Numbered from the stretch's first letter, positions 7,837 to 15,462 are shown. The stretch is 55,480 bases of DNA from Patescibacteria group bacterium (GCA_023474425.1 JAMCXX010000001.1:1-55480); one strand, 5' to 3'. Program-made: numbers and translations. The notes: generated by a model from the letters alone, not told the origin.

Positions 7837-9624
7837 TTACCACAAATCCAGCTCCCTGGTCAAGATTCTGTTTTTAGCGGCCTGAATAAAGTCGTCCAGG
7901 CTCATTTGTCCCTCATCTCTTTCGTCTCTAAGCCTTAGTGATATTTTATTACTTTCCTGCTCCTTTTGTCCTATAATTATCATGTAAGGAATTTTTTGCA
8001 GCTGGGCGTCCCGGATTTTGGCTCCCAGTTTTTCGTTGCGGTCGTCCAGTCCACTTCGCAAGACCTGGTCTTGTAGTCGTTGATTTACCGCCGTTGCATA
8101 GTCCAGAACTTTATCCGTAACGGGTATTACTTTGACTTGTATTGGTGAAAGCCAAACCGGGAAAGCTCCGGCAAAGTGTTCTATGAGAATGGAAAGGTAT
8201 CTTTCAACGGAGCCCATAATAGCCGCGTGAATCATAATAATCCGCTCATCTTTACCCTCCTCGCCAACGCAGGTAAGGTCAAATCTTTCCGGCATATTGT
8301 AGTCAAGCTGAATGGTAGCTAGCTGCCACTCCCGTCCCAGCGAATCGCGGGACATAAAGTCAAGTTTAGGCCCGTAAAAGGCGGCCTCACCGGGCGCTTC
8401 AAAAAATTCAATGCCCTTACTTTTGGCGGTGTCTATTAAAATACTTTCCGCATCCTTCCACGAATTTTCGTTGCCCAGGTATTTTTCCATATGCGCGGAA
8501 TCGTGGAGCGAAACTCTAAGTTTCAGCTCAAAGCCGGCGGCGGAGTAAAATCTTTCCACGATATCCCAGATTTTGTATATCTCCTCTTTTATTTGGGATT
8601 TTCGGCAAAACACGTGAGCGTCATCCTGCGTAATACAGCGTACCCGGGAAAGTCCGGAAAGCTCTCCCGTTTGTTCGTCACGGTAAACCATGGTGGTATT
8701 GGCATACCTTTGGGGAAGATCGCGATAGCTGCGTTTTACGTGATTGTATATTTGCGTGTGGTGAGGGCAGTTCATAGGTTTCATGGCAAAAACGTGTCCT
8801 TCACGGGTATTAATTTTAAAAAGCTCATCTTCAAACTTGTCCCAATGCCCGCTTTTTTCATAGAGGTCTTTTTTGGTGATGTGTGGAATTTCTACTTTTT
8901 GATAGCCGTGTTCGCGCCGCAGTTCCCAAACGAAATTGTCCAGCTGGTCCCGCAGAATCGTGCCTTTGGGCGTCCACAAAGGTAGTCCAGCTCCAACTAG
9001 GTCGGAGAAGGTGAAAAGGTCGAGCTCGACACCTAATTTCTTGTGATCCCGCTTTTTGGATTCTTCTAAAAGGTGCAAATACTCGTCCAGTTCTTTTTGG
9101 CTCTCGAAAGCCGTGCCGTAAATGCGGGTGAGCATTTTGTTTTTTTCGTCCCCGTGCCAATAAGCGCCGGCGACAGTCAGAAGTTTAAAGGCTTTGACCT
9201 TTCCCGTTGAGGAAACATGAGGCCCGCTGCAAAGGTCTAAATCAACGTTTCCTATTTTGTAAATTGATACTTTTTCACGTCTTTGTTCGATCTGATCCAG
9301 CCAGTCGAGTTTATAGGGGTTATTTTTGAAAATTTCGCTCGCCTTTATTACATCAACAAACTCCTGTTTTACTGGCAGATCGGCCTCGATAAGTTTTTTC
9401 ATTTCCTTTTCTATTTTGGGGAAATCCCTTTCACTTATCTTTTCATCAAGATCAAAGTCAAAGTAGAATCCTTCGTCCGTAGCCGGGCCCATGGCCTTTT
9501 TAAGTTTGGGATAAAGATTTTGCATGGCCGTGTGCAGCACGTGTTCAGCCGTATGGCGCAATGCCAAAAGTTCCCTTTCTTTTGCCGGCAGCTTTTCCAT
9601 TTTCTCGTCCAGTATTTTCGACAT
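7837..9624 (-). CDS. thrS: Threonine--tRNA ligase (apparently lacking the N-terminal TGS domain)
   Basis: 595 aa with ATG start. Editing-domain HxxxH (HTAEHVLH), class II catalytic core (RVRCITQDDAHVF) and a C-terminal anticodon-binding domain. The protein begins directly in the editing domain. Confidence 0.95.
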   Translation of the reverse strand: MSKILDEKMEKLPAKERELLALRHTAEHVLHTAMQNLYPKLKKAMGPATDEGFYFDFDLDEKISERDFPKIEKEMKKLIEADLPVKQEFVDVIKASEIFKNNPYKLDWLDQIEQRREKVSIYKIGNVDLDLCSGPHVSSTGKVKAFKLLTVAGAYWHGDEKNKMLTRIYGTAFESQKELDEYLHLLEESKKRDHKKLGVELDLFTFSDLVGAGLPLWTPKGTILRDQLDNFVWELRREHGYQKVEIPHITKKDLYEKSGHWDKFEDELFKINTREGHVFAMKPMNCPHHTQIYNHVKRSYRDLPQRYANTTMVYRDEQTGELSGLSRVRCITQDDAHVFCRKSQIKEEIYKIWDIVERFYSAAGFELKLRVSLHDSAHMEKYLGNENSWKDAESILIDTAKSKGIEFFEAPGEAAFYGPKLDFMSRDSLGREWQLATIQLDYNMPERFDLTCVGEEGKDERIIMIHAAIMGSVERYLSILIEHFAGAFPVWLSPIQVKVIPVTDKVLDYATAVNQRLQDQVLRSGLDDRNEKLGAKIRDAQLQKIPYMIIIGQKEQESNKISLRLRDERDEGQMSLDDFIQAAKNRILTRELDLW

Positions 9625-9857
9625 ATCCGTTTATAAGGTTTGGATTGGAATCCGTTATTCGGGAGCCCGCCAAGCATGACGGACTCGGAAATTAAGTCCC
9701 ACAAAAACACAGAATCGCCCTTAGAAGTATTTGAGGGCCTATCAGGATTGATAGACGGTTCCACCTCAATTACCGCCAAGGGCGATATCTCATTGATGCT
9801 CATTTCGAAGAGCCATCGTTAGGGCTCCGCGGTTGGTAGCCGCCTCAATACCCTACT
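9625..9857 (-). promoter_or_regulatory. T-box riboswitch leader of thrS (Thr specifier ACC)
   Basis: On the minus strand, the T-box sequence AAUUGAGGUGGAACCGUC lies at 9754-9771. The antiterminator has helix UUGAGG/CCUCAA, a 7-nt bulge UGGAACC (consensus UGGNACC) and inner helix GUCUAUC/GAUAGGC. Upstream is a short Stem I with hairpin GCGG-CUACCAA-CCGC (9829-9843) presenting ACC followed by A. Confidence 0.75.
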
Positions 9858-9862
9858 CTTTT

Positions 9863-9891
9863 ATTATCTCTCCAATTTGATAAAATGTCAA
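9863..9891 (-). promoter_or_regulatory. Sigma70-type promoter for the thrS leader
   Basis: Minus strand TTGACA (9891-9886), a 17-nt spacer, then GATAAT (9868-9863). Lies immediately upstream of the T-box leader. Confidence 0.7.
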
Positions 9892-9896
9892 TATTA

Positions 9897-9940
9897 GCGG
9901 GCTTGTAGCTCAGTTGGCTAGACCTGCCTGCCAATGCCTT
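9897..9940 (+). pseudogene. 5' fragment of a tRNA-like sequence (acceptor plus D arm only)
   Basis: GCGGGCTTGTAGCTCAGTTGGCTAGA is a good acceptor-5' strand plus D stem-loop (TAGC/GCTA). The following sequence forms no anticodon or T arm, and no 3' acceptor strand is found. Confidence 0.4.
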
Positions 9941-9945
9941 GTTTT

Positions 9946-10022
9946 GGGTGGTTAGCTCAGATGGTTAGAGCGCCACGTTGACATCGTGGAGGTCATAGGT
10001 TCGAGTCCTATACCGCCCACCA
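9946..10022 (+). tRNA. tRNA-Val (anticodon GAC), CCA encoded
   Basis: Hand-folded cloverleaf. Acceptor GGGTGGT/ACCGCCC, anticodon loop TTGACAT, T-loop TTCGAGT. 77 nt. Confidence 0.9.
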
Positions 10023-10032
10023 AGGAGACAAT

Positions 10033-10461
10033 ATGAGTTTACTGCACAGATTTTCCTCATTATTTAACGAATACGCCAACAGGCTTATTAGTAGCCACCT
10101 TTTCCTTTTGGTCCACATCGCTTTTATTACTTTCTGGCTTGTTTTAAAGCTAGATATTACCCTCTTGGCTCTGGTGCTTTCGGTGGAAGGGGTAACCATT
10201 TGGACGGTAGTTCTAAAATCGACCAATAAAATACGGGAGGGTCAGGAGAAAAAGGATAGGTTTGAAAACAAAAGGTTTAGGGAATTTTTGGAGGAGGATA
10301 TAAAATCCACCGAGCAGAATCTTAAGGTCTCGCGGGAGATATTTCTGAAACTCCAGGAGAATGAATACCGGCTGGAGGAGCTTAAAAGTCAAGTGGAAGA
10401 GCTATCAAAATCAGTCTCGGTGACTATTCCGGGACAGAACAGTGAAAGTAGGAGCGAGTAA
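10033..10461 (+). CDS. Membrane protein, DUF1003-like (two TM helices plus C-terminal coiled coil)
   Basis: 142 aa with ATG start. Two hydrophobic helices followed by a charged helical tail. The family call is from memory only. Confidence 0.45.
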   Translation: MSLLHRFSSLFNEYANRLISSHLFLLVHIAFITFWLVLKLDITLLALVLSVEGVTIWTVVLKSTNKIREGQEKKDRFENKRFREFLEEDIKSTEQNLKVSREIFLKLQENEYRLEELKSQVEELSKSVSVTIPGQNSESRSE

Positions 10462-10502
10462 ATTTCTAACTACTATATCCTATTTCGAAACCTATCCGTT
10501 TT

Positions 10503-10543
10503 CGTCATTCTGGTAATCCGCCATAGGCGGAGCATCCAGAATC
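10503..10543. repeat. Palindromic repeat copy 4 (CGTCATTCTGG...CCAGAATC)
   Basis: 41 nt with inner palindrome CCGCC-ATA-GGCGG. Left half of a back-to-back doublet. Confidence 0.85.
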
Positions 10544-10560
10544 TAAAAGGGGCCGAAACC

Positions 10561-10603
10561 GATTCTGGGCAAGACCCGCTAAGCGAGTCAAGCCAGAATG
10601 ACG
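10561..10603. repeat. Palindromic repeat copy 5 (GATTCTGG...CCAGAATGACG)
   Basis: 43 nt. 41/43 identical to the reverse complement of copy 1. Right half of the doublet. Confidence 0.85.
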
Positions 10604-10638
10604 GGTTTTTGAAACGGACTCTATAGGAATTGGTTATT

Positions 10639-10971
10639 ATGGTGCACTCGGTTAAGGAAATTATTAATACTAAAGCTAATAAGAGGATTCCCAAGAATAT
10701 TGCTTATGAATTTCAGGATTTTGGCGTGCGGCTCGCCCAAAGTCTGGGTGACTTAAAGCACAAGTCCTTCTATATAAAACTTTCCAAAGAAGTTGACCGT
10801 TCTGTTTTGGAGAAAGCCCGCGATCTGGCCTCCGACTACCCTAAAGCCAAATCCAAGGCGCGGGTGTTTATGTGGTACCTCCACGAGCTTAGGGCTCGTG
10901 GAAGTTCTAAGCTTCAAGCAAGTACCGATTCCCAAAAAATGATTCTGGAGTCGCCCCGCTCCCCAGAATGA
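10639..10971 (+). CDS. Hypothetical small protein
   Basis: The ORF track starts at TTG 10630. The first ATG is at 10639 (MVHSVKEII...). No recognisable motif. The last ~10 codons are encoded by repeat copy 6, so the true C-terminus is uncertain. Confidence 0.4.
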   Translation: MVHSVKEIINTKANKRIPKNIAYEFQDFGVRLAQSLGDLKHKSFYIKLSKEVDRSVLEKARDLASDYPKAKSKARVFMWYLHELRARGSSKLQASTDSQKMILESPRSPE

Positions 10972-10973
10972 CG
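10941..10973. repeat. Palindromic repeat copy 6 (GATTCTGG...CCAGAATGACG)
   Basis: 33 nt, same architecture as copy 3. Confidence 0.8.
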
Positions 10974-10986
10974 AACTCGAACAATC

Positions 10987-11012
10987 CGTCATGCTGGCCG
11001 AGTCCGGCATCC
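10987..11012. repeat. Degenerate repeat copy 7 (CGTCATGCTGG..., no closing arm)
   Basis: The left arm has one mismatch to CGTCATTCTGG, followed by the short hairpin GCCG-AGTC-CGGC. The right arm is missing. Confidence 0.45.
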
Positions 11013-11045
11013 GTTTTCGATTTCTATTTGAGTTCTGTGGTTGAT

Positions 11046-11642
11046 TTACTTTCTTTCTGTTGACTCGATTACCCTATCAATCATGCCGTACTCTTTGGCC
11101 TGCTGCGGGGTCATGTAGTAATCGCGGTCAATGTCTTTGACCACCTGCGGGATTTTTTTGCCGCTGTGTTTGGCAATAAGCTGGGCGTAAAGGTCTTTAA
11201 GTCTTAATATTTCCCGGGCCGAAATTTCAATATCGCTCGCCTGGCCCTCGGCTCCGCCCAAAGGCTGGTGAATGTGAATTAAAGAGTGCGGCAAGGAGAG
11301 TCGTTTGCCTTTGGTGCCGGAAGATAGAATCATAGAAGCCGCTGAAGCGGCCGTGCCCACCACGATTGTAGAAACGTCGTTTTTTAGATGCTGAATGGTA
11401 TCGTAGATGGCCAAGCCGGAATAGGCCGAGCCACCTGGGCTATTTATGTACATAAAAACATCTTTTTTTGAGTCGGTGCTCTGAAGATAAAGCAACTGGG
11501 CAATAATTGTGTTGGCCACGGCATCATTAATGGGGCCGGTCAAGAAAATTATTCTCTCTTCAAGAAGTCTTGAATAAATGTCGTACGACCTTTCTCCGGC
11601 CAAACTTTTTTCTACCACAAAAGGAATGTACTGATAGTCCAT
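11046..11642 (-). CDS. clpP: ATP-dependent Clp protease proteolytic subunit
   Basis: 198 aa with ATG start. ERIIFLTGPI, the INSPGGS active-site Ser region, and His in HQPLGG. Confidence 0.95.
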   Translation of the reverse strand: MDYQYIPFVVEKSLAGERSYDIYSRLLEERIIFLTGPINDAVANTIIAQLLYLQSTDSKKDVFMYINSPGGSAYSGLAIYDTIQHLKNDVSTIVVGTAASAASMILSSGTKGKRLSLPHSLIHIHQPLGGAEGQASDIEISAREILRLKDLYAQLIAKHSGKKIPQVVKDIDRDYYMTPQQAKEYGMIDRVIESTERK

Positions 11643-11644
11643 AG

Positions 11645-12532
11645 TTATTTGGCGTACTCCAAAAGCTTTTGAATCGTTTTATTCTTTGTAAGAATACTCT
11701 TTAGATAATTCAAATTTTCCGTACGGCTAAGGCTTTTACGTGACTCCTCGTCGGGAGCCGAATTAATTGTAGCAGAAATTTCCGGTTCTTCAACGCTAAT
11801 ATTTTCCTGTTTGGCAATTTCGGCTAGAGCAAATTCCAGTTTTAGAGATTTTTCAGCAACGGCACGGTATTCTGACCTTAGTGCGGCGGCGTCCTTACCC
11901 ACCGAGGCTAAATACTGGTCCACGGTTAAACCTAAACGCCCTGTTTGGTCAATCAAGCGCCCGAGCATATTATTAACCTCTTCGTCGATGAGGAGGTCAC
12001 AGATTTCCACCCGGCAGACCATTAAAATCGCCTCTAAAACTTTTTGTGTTTTATCTTCATCGTCATGATTATCGTTTTCATTAGGTTTTTCTAAGGGCGC
12101 TCCGTCGGGGCCGAGGATTGTTTTGGGCCGGTCCCCGTTGTCTGTTTTTAATTTGTTAAGTGCCGACCTGTAATCTCCAATTTGAACATCCGGCGCCTCG
12201 CAGGTTTCGGCCGTGAATTCCAGAAGACCCCCTTCCTCAAAGGAGTTAATTGCAATTTTTGGAAGCATTATTGGTTTAATCATGGTTTCCTTTATTGCCT
12301 GGTCGTAGCTCTGCGGCACAAGGTGATTAATAATTTCACCGCGGATTTTAGCCGGGTCGAGGGATTTTTCTACTAAGTCGTGCGGCGCCGTACCTTTACG
12401 GAAGCCCCTAACCTCTGTTTGTCCGGCAAGATCGCTAATCACATGTTGGCGAATTTGAGCAACTGTCTCGGCGTCAACCGTAATTTTTATTTTTACTCCG
12501 TTTTTTGGCAGACGTTCTGTTTCCGTTTTCAT
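11645..12532 (-). CDS. tig: Trigger factor (short form, no PPIase domain evident)
   Basis: 295 aa with ATG start. N-terminal ribosome-binding domain with GFRKGTAP (GFRxGxxP signature) and a C-terminal helical domain. Sits immediately upstream of clpP, as in many bacteria. Confidence 0.85.
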   Translation of the reverse strand: MKTETERLPKNGVKIKITVDAETVAQIRQHVISDLAGQTEVRGFRKGTAPHDLVEKSLDPAKIRGEIINHLVPQSYDQAIKETMIKPIMLPKIAINSFEEGGLLEFTAETCEAPDVQIGDYRSALNKLKTDNGDRPKTILGPDGAPLEKPNENDNHDDEDKTQKVLEAILMVCRVEICDLLIDEEVNNMLGRLIDQTGRLGLTVDQYLASVGKDAAALRSEYRAVAEKSLKLEFALAEIAKQENISVEEPEISATINSAPDEESRKSLSRTENLNYLKSILTKNKTIQKLLEYAK

Positions 12533-12627
12533 AGCTTACATCGTTGATTTCTTTTATAGACCTTAAACGCAGATTCGTGAATTCCGCGAGCTTTTCTGTT
12601 GTTGCTGATTAATCACCAGGACGTTTA

Positions 12628-13581
12628 TTATACGAGCTTAATACGTTCAACTTCAAGAGTTTCTTTTTCCCGATGTACAAGGCCCAAAAGAATAAATAAA
12701 TAAAGAATGAGTTGGGAGATAATCGAGGCACCGGCGGCAAAGATTGACGAAAAAAAGTTTAGTGTCAGAAAGACGGAGAGACAGAGAATCAAGGGCAGGT
12801 ATTGCCGATAATTATTAAGGAGAGAATTAATCTGGGTTTCTACAGTCTGTTTAAGTAAATCCGGGTTAAGGTTATTTCCCGAAACCGCTGTTTTTAAATT
12901 GGCGGCGACCTGGTTTAAGTAATCCTCGCGGGCGCGGTTAATCTGGCTGTTAATTTGATTTTCATCGGTAATACCCTGATTAATTAGCTGAAGTCGGATT
13001 TGGGGAATTTGGGCGTTAAAGTTACTTAGAGCCTCCTCTTTAAGAGAATCCGGCAGACTTCCGTTGTTAGGTAGAAGATTTGGTTCGAGTTTTGAAATAA
13101 CAGTTTGGAAAACATTGCCGGGGATGTTGATTTTAAAGTTTTGGGACAGATTGAGAGCCTTCGGATAGTAAATTACGGATAGACCCAAGGCCAACATCGT
13201 AGCGAATGAGGAGAGAGTTCCCGAGGCGGCGGTTAGACTCGGTTTAGTCAAATTATTTTTTAGCGAGTTTACTTTAAAGGAAGCAATTAGGAAAAACAGG
13301 ACCAGAATGGCGGCAACTGCTATCCCGTAGAGATTTTGATTAGCAAAAAGCGTGATTAGGCCGGTGGCAAAAGCATAGGCGGCGATAAAAATTGGCTTAT
13401 CGTTTAAGAACCAGAAGAGAGCCAGCACACTTAGATAGATTATAATTGATAGAGAAAAGAGGGCTAAAGATAGCGGTTCGAGTTTAATCACAATCACAGG
13501 CCAAAGTTGAAAAATAATGAATAATAATAGGACACCGGTGAGAATAAGAAATAGCAGAGTGAGAGTTGCTTTAAGAGTCAT
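12628..13581 (-). CDS. Polytopic membrane protein, unknown function
   Basis: 317 aa with ATG start. About 5 N-terminal and 2 C-terminal hydrophobic helices flank a Q/N-rich soluble segment. Confidence 0.55.
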   Translation of the reverse strand: MTLKATLTLLFLILTGVLLLFIIFQLWPVIVIKLEPLSLALFSLSIIIYLSVLALFWFLNDKPIFIAAYAFATGLITLFANQNLYGIAVAAILVLFFLIASFKVNSLKNNLTKPSLTAASGTLSSFATMLALGLSVIYYPKALNLSQNFKINIPGNVFQTVISKLEPNLLPNNGSLPDSLKEEALSNFNAQIPQIRLQLINQGITDENQINSQINRAREDYLNQVAANLKTAVSGNNLNPDLLKQTVETQINSLLNNYRQYLPLILCLSVFLTLNFFSSIFAAGASIISQLILYLFILLGLVHREKETLEVERIKLV

Positions 13582-13701
13582 ATTTAATTTTACCCCGAAC
13601 CTGACCGGCCTAAGGCCGGTCGAAGGATGGTGCTGTAATTATACGCTTCGCGCGAACCTACTTTGAGCGGAACTGACCACCTCCGCTTCGCTTCGGCGGA
13701 C

Positions 13702-14205
13702 TTAATTATTAGTTCTTATCCTTACTGCCTCCTCAACCGCGTCAGAAATGTATCTTGAAATCCAGTCGTATCTTTCTTTGCTGTTACTTCCGCTCGGATT
13801 GTAACATTTTACTATCGCAGATAATTTTTTACCAGTGTCGCCGTAGGATATGTAATCAAACGGATTGGCTCCAGATTCGGTAATGTACCCCTCGTTATTT
13901 TTCAATCCATGTATACGAATACCAACTACACCCAAACTAGCGTTCCATGCTTCTATAATCTCGTGATTTATCCATTTACGATTCGCTGTTTCCTTTCCAA
14001 CAAGCACAACCGCGCATGTTCGATATTTCATTTGTTCCTTTATCCATTTTTTGATCGCCTCGTGGCCACCGCGCACAACCGTTTCCCAATCATTATCCGG
14101 TGCCGGTTTGTTTCCCTCAATTACTCCAATACTACGAACAGTTGCTGCTCGCCAGCAATCGGGTTTGTAGTGAAAACTATAAAAAACTTGTCTTCTTGTT
14201 GCCAT
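13702..14205 (-). CDS. ThsB-like TIR-domain protein (DUF1863/Thoeris ThsB clade)
   Basis: The ORF track starts at 14298. I prefer the ATG at 14205 (167 aa), 2 nt after the upstream stop codon. Blocks VFYSFHY, VLVGKETANRKWINHEI and GANPFDYISY resemble ThsB as I remember it, and the candidate catalytic Glu is retained. Confidence 0.72.
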   Translation of the reverse strand: MATRRQVFYSFHYKPDCWRAATVRSIGVIEGNKPAPDNDWETVVRGGHEAIKKWIKEQMKYRTCAVVLVGKETANRKWINHEIIEAWNASLGVVGIRIHGLKNNEGYITESGANPFDYISYGDTGKKLSAIVKCYNPSGSNSKERYDWISRYISDAVEEAVRIRTNN

Positions 14206-14207
14206 AT

Positions 14208-14612
14208 TTATTTGATGAGTTGTAGAACTACAAACATTGCTAATGCAAGCGGTACATAAAACCAAAGCAAGGTCGCAGACAACATTGAGCCAAGCCAAGT
14301 ATTACGCCAAATATCTTTGTACTTTTTTGTGTTCATCGAAAAATCTACTTTCTGCTCGTCCAGTTTTCTTACATCGTCGTATAAACAGCAAAATCTCCGT
14401 TCTTGTGAGAGAAAATATCCGTCCAAAATCCAAAAAATAAGAAGCAGAAAGTAAGCGAGCAAAATATAGCCGCCATACGAACCCTTTGCGGCGGAAAGTG
14501 CAAATAGTCCGGTAATTAAGGTTATTGTCCAGCCACGCAGGAAAAATAAATTTCCGGCCATTCGATTTATAACCCCCTGTATTAACTCAAGATGTTTACG
14601 CTTATTTTCCAT
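14208..14612 (-). CDS. Small three-TM membrane protein, unknown family
   Basis: 134 aa with ATG start. Hydrophobic segments at about aa 22-42, 47-67 and 105-131, with a charged ~35-aa loop between TM2 and TM3. Tightly coupled to the TIR gene. Confidence 0.6.
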   Translation of the reverse strand: MENKRKHLELIQGVINRMAGNLFFLRGWTITLITGLFALSAAKGSYGGYILLAYFLLLIFWILDGYFLSQERRFCCLYDDVRKLDEQKVDFSMNTKKYKDIWRNTWLGSMLSATLLWFYVPLALAMFVVLQLIK

Positions 14613-14622
14613 TGCTACAAAA

Positions 14623-15462
14623 TTATAGTTTTCCTTCCTCTAACTTTTCCGGCGGCGGTTCGATACCAAGAAATTCTCGGTAGATTCGATTTTTATAGTC
14701 TGCCCCAATCTCATTTATCGCTTCGATAAATGCTTTATATGTCCCAAGCCCGCCGATTTTCTCCCAAAACTCATCACCAATTAAAACTACTTCATCGTTT
14801 TTCATATCGAACCACCGAGCCGGAAAAGCCCAAGAGTAATTCTCTCGTTTCCCAAAAGGATTGTAGGGAAGCGCGTAAAAAGCACCGTCAACTTGCAATG
14901 GCTCCATACTATAAAGCTTGAGCATTTTCTCTTTACTTACCTTTGTTTGGTCGCTATTCGGCAAAGGTGCCTTCAACTCAAAAGCATATTTCTTTTTGTT
15001 TTTTTTATCTTCCGCATATACATCAGATATGACCGTAACAGGAATAAGTTTTGTGTTTTTGCCCTCCAAAATATATTTCAATTCATTGTCCCAATCCGGC
15101 TTAATGCGTTTCTTATCTTTTATTCCGTGTTCAAGGTTATTTAGCACTTCTTGGATCCTACGCAATCTTTCGGCATTTACTTTGCCAGTTATTGTCTTTC
15201 CTTTTTCTCCGTGCCCAAGACCGTTATTTGCCGCAACTATCGCTAACTTTTCCCAAACCCCGCCGAATGGGGTAACAAAACGGCGTTCAAAATGAGAGCC
15301 CTTAAATATTTCGTCCGGTACTAAAGCCGCATAAAGCGGCTTCTTGGCTCTGTGTTCTTCTTTCACAAAAGGTTCTTCTACCAAAACCTTATTCATAACC
15401 CTATCCATCATCATTTTTATGACAGATTGGATTGCCTTTTTCATTTCTTGTTTCTCGGTCAT
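14623..15462 (-). CDS. Type II restriction endonuclease (PD-(D/E)xK; TdeIII-like by recollection)
   Basis: 279 aa. The ATG overlaps the methyltransferase stop (ATGA). Candidate catalytic motif SDVY-x12-FELK (D...ExK). The family name is unverified. Confidence 0.6.
   Translation of the reverse strand: MTEKQEMKKAIQSVIKMMMDRVMNKVLVEEPFVKEEHRAKKPLYAALVPDEIFKGSHFERRFVTPFGGVWEKLAIVAANNGLGHGEKGKTITGKVNAERLRRIQEVLNNLEHGIKDKKRIKPDWDNELKYILEGKNTKLIPVTVISDVYAEDKKNKKKYAFELKAPLPNSDQTKVSKEKMLKLYSMEPLQVDGAFYALPYNPFGKRENYSWAFPARWFDMKNDEVVLIGDEFWEKIGGLGTYKAFIEAINEIGADYKNRIYREFLGIEPPPEKLEEGKL

Noticed and set aside
9435-9822. ORFs 9435-9803 (-) and 9640-9822 (+) upstream of thrS.
   Set aside because: They lie in the region better explained by the T-box leader and the thrS 5' end. 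There are no motifs, and the minus-strand ORF overlaps thrS out of frame.
13909-14440. Plus-strand ORFs 13909-14259 and 14237-14440 in the TIR/3TM region.
   Set aside because: They are antisense to the two coupled minus-strand genes. The AT-rich sequence generates long spurious frames.
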